Assembly: GCA_032124675.1 (NCBI GenBank)
Contig: JAQBDA010000095.1
Span: forward strand, 594-64,593
Direction of reading: 5' to 3'
Length of the DNA stretch: 64,000 nt
DNA from: Chloroflexota bacterium
GTDB lineage: Bacteria; Chloroflexota; Anaerolineae; Anaerolineales; UBA4823
Position 1 is the first letter of the stretch. Each line of letters begins with the position of its first letter. The translations under genes and the position numbers were made by a program. The notes beneath the pieces are model-generated. The model was not told the DNA's origin. It saw only the letters and a program-made list of their open reading frames with translations, and did not search any database. Positions 59,621 through 64,000 of the stretch are shown here, piece after piece.

Positions 59621-60574
59621 TTACGATGTTATCGAACGATTTGATCGAGATCGAGCGATTAAGATGGCAATCCCAAATACAATCAGTGTGCCCAGGATGG
59701 CGGCGATAATGGTTGCCAGGGCTTCGTTGGAGACGCCCGGTAGCATATAATCCGGGATGATCTCGTAGAGCGAGCCCTGTGCCGTATCCAGGAAGCCCTG
59801 CTGCTCGGCGACCCGCTCAAGACCATCTGGATTGGCGGATGCCAGCGGTGCGCTGATTGCCAGCGCCAGGGCGATCAGCAGCCCAGTGATCCATACCAGA
59901 CTGCTTTTAACTGCTTTGGCTTTTCCCGCCTCCAGGAAATCCGGGCGGATGGCGTAAACAAAGGATAGCGTTCCGACCGTAATCAACCCTTCCCCAATGC
60001 CGATCAGCGCATGCACGCCCGCCATGGCCGGTATGGCCAGGTTGGCTGGTGAGGTAAGCGATATCGCCAGCTGCAGAGCGACAGCCAGGGCGGTGATCTC
60101 AATGGAGAGCCATGCCGCTGTAAAGCCGCCTGCAAAGAATCCCCAGCGCTGACTGCGTGCCAGCCGCCGCAGCGTCTCGTAAGCCATATATGAGACTGCT
60201 ACCCCAATGACTCCCATGTTGAAGATGTTGGCACCCAGGACGAGCAGACCGCCATCCTGGAAGATCAAAGCCTGGACGCCAATCACGGTTGTCATCACCA
60301 GCACAGCGGCCCAGGGTCCCAGCAGGATCGTCGCCAGGGCTGCCCCCATCAGGTGTCCGGATGTGCCGCCGATCACGGTGAAGTTGAGCATCTGCCCGGC
60401 GAAGATGGCTGCCGCCAGCACGCCCATCAGCGGCACCTTGCGCTCATCCAGGTCTGCGCTGACCCGCCGCAAGGCATAGGCGATAACCACGATGCTGGCC
60501 CCCCACATCAGGATGGAGACCGTAACGGACAGGAAGCCATCCGGGATATGCATGGGTTCAGGGGAATAGAGCAT
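59621..60574 (-). CDS. cbiM: CbiM/NikM-type metal-uptake permease fused to a C-terminal PDGLE domain
   Basis: MHIPDGFL motif near the N-terminus and the literal PDGLE sequence in the C-terminal region. GGAGG supports ATG 60574. An internal ATG at 60553 would expose MHIPDG. Confidence 0.82.
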   Translation of the reverse strand: MLYSPEPMHIPDGFLSVTVSILMWGASIVVIAYALRRVSADLDERKVPLMGVLAAAIFAGQMLNFTVIGGTSGHLMGAALATILLGPWAAVLVMTTVIGVQALIFQDGGLLVLGANIFNMGVIGVAVSYMAYETLRRLARSQRWGFFAGGFTAAWLSIEITALAVALQLAISLTSPANLAIPAMAGVHALIGIGEGLITVGTLSFVYAIRPDFLEAGKAKAVKSSLVWITGLLIALALAISAPLASANPDGLERVAEQQGFLDTAQGSLYEIIPDYMLPGVSNEALATIIAAILGTLIVFGIAILIARSRSNRSITS

Positions 60575-60590
60575 TGCTGCAGCCTCCTCT

Positions 60591-61028
60591 TTATTTGGTG
60601 CTGTTTTCAGACTGGCAGCTGGCGCACAGACCGGTGATGGACAGGTGTTCCAGGTCAGCCAGGAACTGATAGTTCGATCTTAACTTGTTGTCCAGTGGTT
60701 CTATGAGATGGTATTCGGCGTTGAGAACCTCCCCGCAGTGCTTGCAGACCAGGTGGATATGCTCGCCATGTTCGAATGTGGTGTAGACCACACACCCATC
60801 CCACAGGTCAGCGCGGCTTGCCAGCCCATTGGCGACCAGCAAGTCCAGCGTGCGGTAGACCGTGGCGATATTAATTGCCCGGGCGCGAGAATGAACCTGG
60901 TCATAGATTTCTTCGACGGATACGTGCCCGCCGGCATGCGCCAGGGTTTCGATGATCATCTCGCGCTGAGGGGTCATCCGGTAGCCGCGCTGGCGGAGCG
61001 TATCGAGCAGGGTATGGCAGTGTGACAT
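60591..61028 (-). CDS. Fur-family metalloregulator
   Basis: Winged-helix region (MTPQR..I..L) with TVYRTL. His-rich site HGEHIH. Two CxxC pairs (CKHCG, CASC). Ends 16 nt upstream of cbiM. Confidence 0.88.
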   Translation of the reverse strand: MSHCHTLLDTLRQRGYRMTPQREMIIETLAHAGGHVSVEEIYDQVHSRARAINIATVYRTLDLLVANGLASRADLWDGCVVYTTFEHGEHIHLVCKHCGEVLNAEYHLIEPLDNKLRSNYQFLADLEHLSITGLCASCQSENSTK

Positions 61029-61042
61029 TGCGAATTATCTCT

Positions 61043-61060
61043 ATTGCAATTATTTGCAAT
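61043..61060. promoter_or_regulatory. candidate Fur-family operator
   Basis: ATTGCAA-TTAT-TTGCAAT inverted repeat, 4 nt downstream of the -10. Confidence 0.45.
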
Positions 61061-61064
61061 AAGA

Positions 61065-61073
61065 ATTATACCA
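61065..61073 (-). promoter_or_regulatory. extended -10 promoter of the fur-cbiMQO operon
   Basis: Minus strand reads TGGTATAAT (TGn plus TATAAT). Confidence 0.45.
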
Positions 61074-61107
61074 ACACTATCTGATTATTTAGGTTAACAA
61101 TTGGTTA

Positions 61108-61141
61108 TTAAAACAGATCAGGGTGGAGAGATGCCACCCTG
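61108..61141 (-). terminator. terminator after trxA
   Basis: CAGGGTGG..CCACCCTG stem followed on the minus strand by UCUGUUUUAAUAA. Confidence 0.5.
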
Positions 61142-61164
61142 GGTGTCAGGTAAGGGTCAGTGGG

Positions 61165-61491
61165 CTACTGCAGGTGCGGGCTGAATTTGGCAGCGATCTT
61201 ATCCTTCGGCTGGTACCCGGAAAGACGCTGGCTTGGCTCGCCGTTTACAAACAGCATCAGCGTGGGTACGCCCATTACCTGGTACTGCATGGCGATATCG
61301 GGGCTGGTGTCTACGTCCAACTTGACGATCTTTACCTTTCCGGTCCAGTCCTGAGCAAGCTGCTTTACGACCGGGTCAAGCATCCTGCAAGGCCCGCACC
61401 ACACAGCGGTGAAATCTACGATCACCGGCTGGCTGGATTCGAGGACTTCGCTTTGAAAGGTATCTGCTTTGATATGGATAACTTCGGACAT
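61165..61491 (-). CDS. trxA: thioredoxin
   Basis: WCGPC active site. 108 aa from ATG 61491, which follows GGAGG. Confidence 0.93.
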   Translation of the reverse strand: MSEVIHIKADTFQSEVLESSQPVIVDFTAVWCGPCRMLDPVVKQLAQDWTGKVKIVKLDVDTSPDIAMQYQVMGVPTLMLFVNGEPSQRLSGYQPKDKIAAKFSPHLQ

Positions 61492-61736
61492 TAATCCTCC
61501 AGAATAATATTGCCAATGATTACCGGTCATTCCCCGAGCAGGTCGGCCTGGCGGCTCGTTCCTGGTACGAATAAATTATTGAACGGCATGACCGGAAAGA
61601 TAGTAACGAGTTCGCACTCAAATGTCAAGGTAGGGGAGTAAATCTTCTCATGGAATATTAAAGAACAGCGCGGCGTTGACGGTAAAAGCCAGGCGTGATA
61701 GAATGCACAGCGCCTGAATAACTCCTCAGAGCACGC

Positions 61737-61808
61737 GGGCGCGTAGCTCAATGGTAGAGCAGTGGCCTTTTAAGCCATTGGTTGCAGGTTCGAGCCCTGC
61801 CGCGCTCA
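61737..61808 (+). tRNA. tRNA-Lys (anticodon UUU)
   Basis: Manual cloverleaf: acceptor GGGCGCG/CGCGCTC, D arm GCTC/GAGC, anticodon arm GTGGC-CTTTTAA-GCCAT, T arm GCAGG-TTCGAGC-CCTGC, discriminator A. CCA is not encoded. Confidence 0.9.
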
Positions 61809-61857
61809 CTAAGTTACCACATTGACCCTTAAATGGGTCGTAAAACAAGTGAATCCT

Positions 61858-61888
61858 CCCACCTAGACCTGCCAGATGGTGGGTTTTT
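61858..61888 (+). terminator. terminator after tRNA-Lys
   Basis: CCCACC..GGTGGG stem followed by TTTTT. Confidence 0.7.
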
Positions 61889-61984
61889 GTGTTTAATCTC
61901 CCACTTAACTCTTGTTTTTAGATTTGCCGAAAAAACGGCTCAGAATTTATTTCCAATGTACTTGTTTTTATTTTTGCACCCGCC

Positions 61985-62011
61985 AGTCAACAAGAGTCAA
62001 CAGCAGTCAAC
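61985..62011 (+). repeat. three AGTCAAC direct repeats phased at 10 bp
   Basis: AGTCAAC at 61985, 61995 and 62005, about 25 nt upstream of the integrase start. Confidence 0.85.
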
Positions 62012-62036
62012 CACTAACATGAAAGGAAGGTGTAGT

Positions 62037-63053
62037 ATGGCAAGAAACAGGAAGAAGGAGTTGATGATGATAACGTTTGACAAGGCAAGTGAGTTATATC
62101 TGTCTACGCTGGCTACCGAGGGAAAAAGTCCCAGATATATCGATTGGCTGAAAACTCGGTTGCGATATTTCGGGGATTTTCTCACGCGGACTTACGGCAA
62201 AGATTTTATCCTCCAAGAATTGGATGTCGAAGATGGTCGATCCTATCTTAGAGAGCTTATGGAGAGGGGCACGCGTTACGAGGATCACCCCATGCACAAG
62301 GCGCAACGGGGTAAGCTCAAAATCCAGTATATCCATGGGCTGGGCAGGGCAGTGCGTTCTTTCTCAACCTGGGCGCACGAGGAAGGGTATTTGGATGAGA
62401 ATATCATGCGCCGACTCAAACTCCCGCAACTTCCAAAGACCTTACCCGAGCCGCTGACTGAAGAAGAAATCCAGCGCGTGCTCGCGGTCAGCCTGGATCA
62501 AACCTATGAGCGGCTGCGTAATTTCTCCATGATGATGTTGTTTTTCGATACAGGCATTCGTCTAGATGAATTGGTTAATCTCAGGCTCTCCAGAGTTGAT
62601 TTCACAATTGGAGAAATGACGATCATCGGGAAGGGTAACAAAGAGCGCAAGGTTCCCATCGGGCTGCAGGCTAAGAAAGCGCTGATGGATTACATCACAT
62701 TGGAGAGACCAGAGCCGGCAAGGCTTGGAGATGAAGATCGCGTGTTCCTCAGCTCGGAAGGCTTCCCCATCACGCACACGACCGTCGAAAAGTTATTTCA
62801 AAGAGTGAAGCAGCGAGCCGAAATCAACAAGTTTCATCCACATGCCTGCCGGCATACCTTTGCGGTGCGCTATTTGATCCATGGCGGAGATGCCTTCAGC
62901 TTGCAGAAAATCCTGGGGCATACTTCATTAGAGATGACGCGCAAGTACGTCAACCTGGCTTCGGAGGATGTAAAAGAAAAGCACCGGCGCTTCAGCCCGA
63001 TGGATAATCTGGGGTTCAGGGTGAAGGGGAGAGGGAGACCAAAATTGAAGTGA
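62037..63053 (+). CDS. tyrosine-type site-specific recombinase/integrase
   Basis: SAM-like N-domain. Catalytic R (TGIRLDEL), HACRHTF (HxxR) and LGHTSLEMTRKY (Y). AGGAAGG RBS before ATG 62037. Confidence 0.9.
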   Translation: MARNRKKELMMITFDKASELYLSTLATEGKSPRYIDWLKTRLRYFGDFLTRTYGKDFILQELDVEDGRSYLRELMERGTRYEDHPMHKAQRGKLKIQYIHGLGRAVRSFSTWAHEEGYLDENIMRRLKLPQLPKTLPEPLTEEEIQRVLAVSLDQTYERLRNFSMMMLFFDTGIRLDELVNLRLSRVDFTIGEMTIIGKGNKERKVPIGLQAKKALMDYITLERPEPARLGDEDRVFLSSEGFPITHTTVEKLFQRVKQRAEINKFHPHACRHTFAVRYLIHGGDAFSLQKILGHTSLEMTRKYVNLASEDVKEKHRRFSPMDNLGFRVKGRGRPKLK

Positions 63054-63066
63054 TCGAAGATCAAAG

Positions 63067-64000
63067 CTAATAAAACTTCCCGGTATCAGCCAGGCGGGTT
63101 ATCGGCATGACCTCAATCCGTTCAGCGAGAGGGTAGGCTCTTTGTCCAGGATAAAAAACGATTAGCCTGTCTAATCCAAGATCTTCCATTGCAATCTTCA
63201 TCGATGGCGTCAGACGTGGCGCATCTTTGCGCTTGCATTCAACGCCAAGTCGTTTGCCATCTTTCAATAACAGGAGGTCCAGCTCCGCCCCGTTGTGTGT
63301 ACCCCAGAAATAGGCTTCGTCTGGGCGCACAGCTTTGATAGTTTCCTCAATGGCATACCCCTCCCAGGAAGCTCCAATTTTGGGGTGGGTGTAAAGGTCC
63401 AGTTCGGAATGGATACCCAGCAAAGTGTGTAGCAAACCAGAGTCGCGGAAGTAAATTTTCGGCGACTTGACTTGACGCTTGTGGATATTTGCATACCAAG
63501 GCTGCAGCACGCGGATCATGAACACACCCTCCAGGATGTCCAGGTAGCGGCGCACAGTCATATCACTGACACCAAACGATCGAGACGCTTCTGCAGCATT
63601 CCAGGTTTGGCCATGATAGTGGGCCAGCATGGTCCAAAATCGCATCAGCGTCGCGGCTGGAATTTGGATACCCCACTGTGGTAAGTCACGCTCCAAGAAG
63701 GTTTGGATAAAATTTTTACGCCAAATCTGGCTATTTGCATCGCTGGCAGCAAGATAAGAGAGAGGAAAACCACCTCGCAGCCAATGCTGGTTCAATCTTT
63801 CCTCACCCACTTCTGCCAGGCTAAATCCACTGACAGAAATGGTTTCCAGGCGACCAGCCAGCGACTCGGAAGCTTCTCTAACCAGATCTGGCGAGGCGCT
63901 ACCCAATATTAAAAATCTTGCCTGAAGCGGGCGGCGATCCGCCAAAACTCTCAAAATAGGAAATAATTCTGGGTGGCGCTGTATCTCATCAATGACAATC
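63067..64000 (-). CDS. AAA+ ATPase with DUF4143 domain, 5' end outside window
   Basis: The frame continues open to the window edge and reads VIDEIQRHPELF (Walker B region) upstream of the track start. DUF4143-like C-terminal half. Confidence 0.75.
   Translation of the reverse strand, partial: IVIDEIQRHPELFPILRVLADRRPLQARFLILGSASPDLVREASESLAGRLETISVSGFSLAEVGEERLNQHWLRGGFPLSYLAASDANSQIWRKNFIQTFLERDLPQWGIQIPAATLMRFWTMLAHYHGQTWNAAEASRSFGVSDMTVRRYLDILEGVFMIRVLQPWYANIHKRQVKSPKIYFRDSGLLHTLLGIHSELDLYTHPKIGASWEGYAIEETIKAVRPDEAYFWGTHNGAELDLLLLKDGKRLGVECKRKDAPRLTPSMKIAMEDLGLDRLIVFYPGQRAYPLAERIEVMPITRLADTGKFY

Larger units (their letters stand above)
61809..64000. mobile_element. left part of a putative integrative element inserted at tRNA-Lys
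   Basis: tRNA gene immediately followed by an integrase. G+C is visibly lower than the flanking core genes. The right end and the att repeat are not in the window. Confidence 0.5.

Noticed and set aside
60575-60590. Cobalamin riboswitch upstream of cbiM
   Set aside because: Only 16 nt separate the fur-family gene from cbiM, and the 135-nt region upstream of the regulator lacks a B12-box-like core. There is no room for an aptamer of about 200 nt.
61833-62036. N-terminal extension of the integrase ORF
   Set aside because: It would cover the tRNA terminator hairpin and the phased repeats. An AGGAAGG RBS precedes ATG 62037, and the recombinase N-domain starts there.

Overview
This is a high-G+C bacterial chromosomal segment. 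The gene style (large multidomain secreted proteins, DevBCA/MacAB-like exporters, GTCATTCCGAGCGAAGCG-type palindromic repeats) suggests a Chloroflexota/Anaerolineae-like organism, but that taxonomy is inference only. All calls come from motif recognition in the supplied ORF translations and from reading the DNA by eye; no homology search, RNA folding or covariance-model scan was run.

Content in window order:
- 5'-truncated HExxH peptidase, FHA protein, M28/PKD aminopeptidase, lipB, argH-argG, clpB, S9 peptidase.
- Two tandem HtrA-like proteases followed by an atypical LuxR regulator, then hsp20, slyD, a membrane M28 peptidase and a PIG-L deacetylase.
- A complete CysO-thiocarboxylate cysteine cluster (cysM-mec-orf96-cysO-moeZ).
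- A lower-G+C DUF2807 lipoprotein gene, a class B PBP, and a 1387-aa secreted HExxH/vWA/TSP3 protein.
- kamA, a CheY-like receiver, an M32 carboxypeptidase, a SerA-like dehydrogenase, cutA, and a PatB/MalY-like lyase.
- A MacB-type ABC exporter with two tandem HlyD adaptors, a GltD-like oxidoreductase, an OsmC-like gene, gyrA and birA.
- The conserved rpsB-tsf-pyrH-frr-uppS-cdsA block, and a SAM-I riboswitch in front of metK.
- A Fur-family regulator with cbiM(PDGLE)-cbiQ-cbiO, then trxA.
- tRNA-Lys(UUU) followed by a tyrosine integrase and a DUF4143 AAA ATPase, which marks the left edge of an integrated element running off the window.

Main hunt results:
1. A trp-type leader-peptide attenuator with clustered Cys codons upstream of cysM. 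It has 1:2, 2:3 and 3:4 alternative helices and two nested terminators.
2. A weaker analogous Arg-rich leader plus terminator upstream of argGH.
3. A shared G-depleted leader element in front of orf96 and kamA.
4. A perfect CRP-type TGTGA-N6-TCACA site.
5. REP-like palindrome families.
6. A 93-residue poly-acidic tail on ribosomal protein S2.

No CRISPR array and no rRNA were seen.
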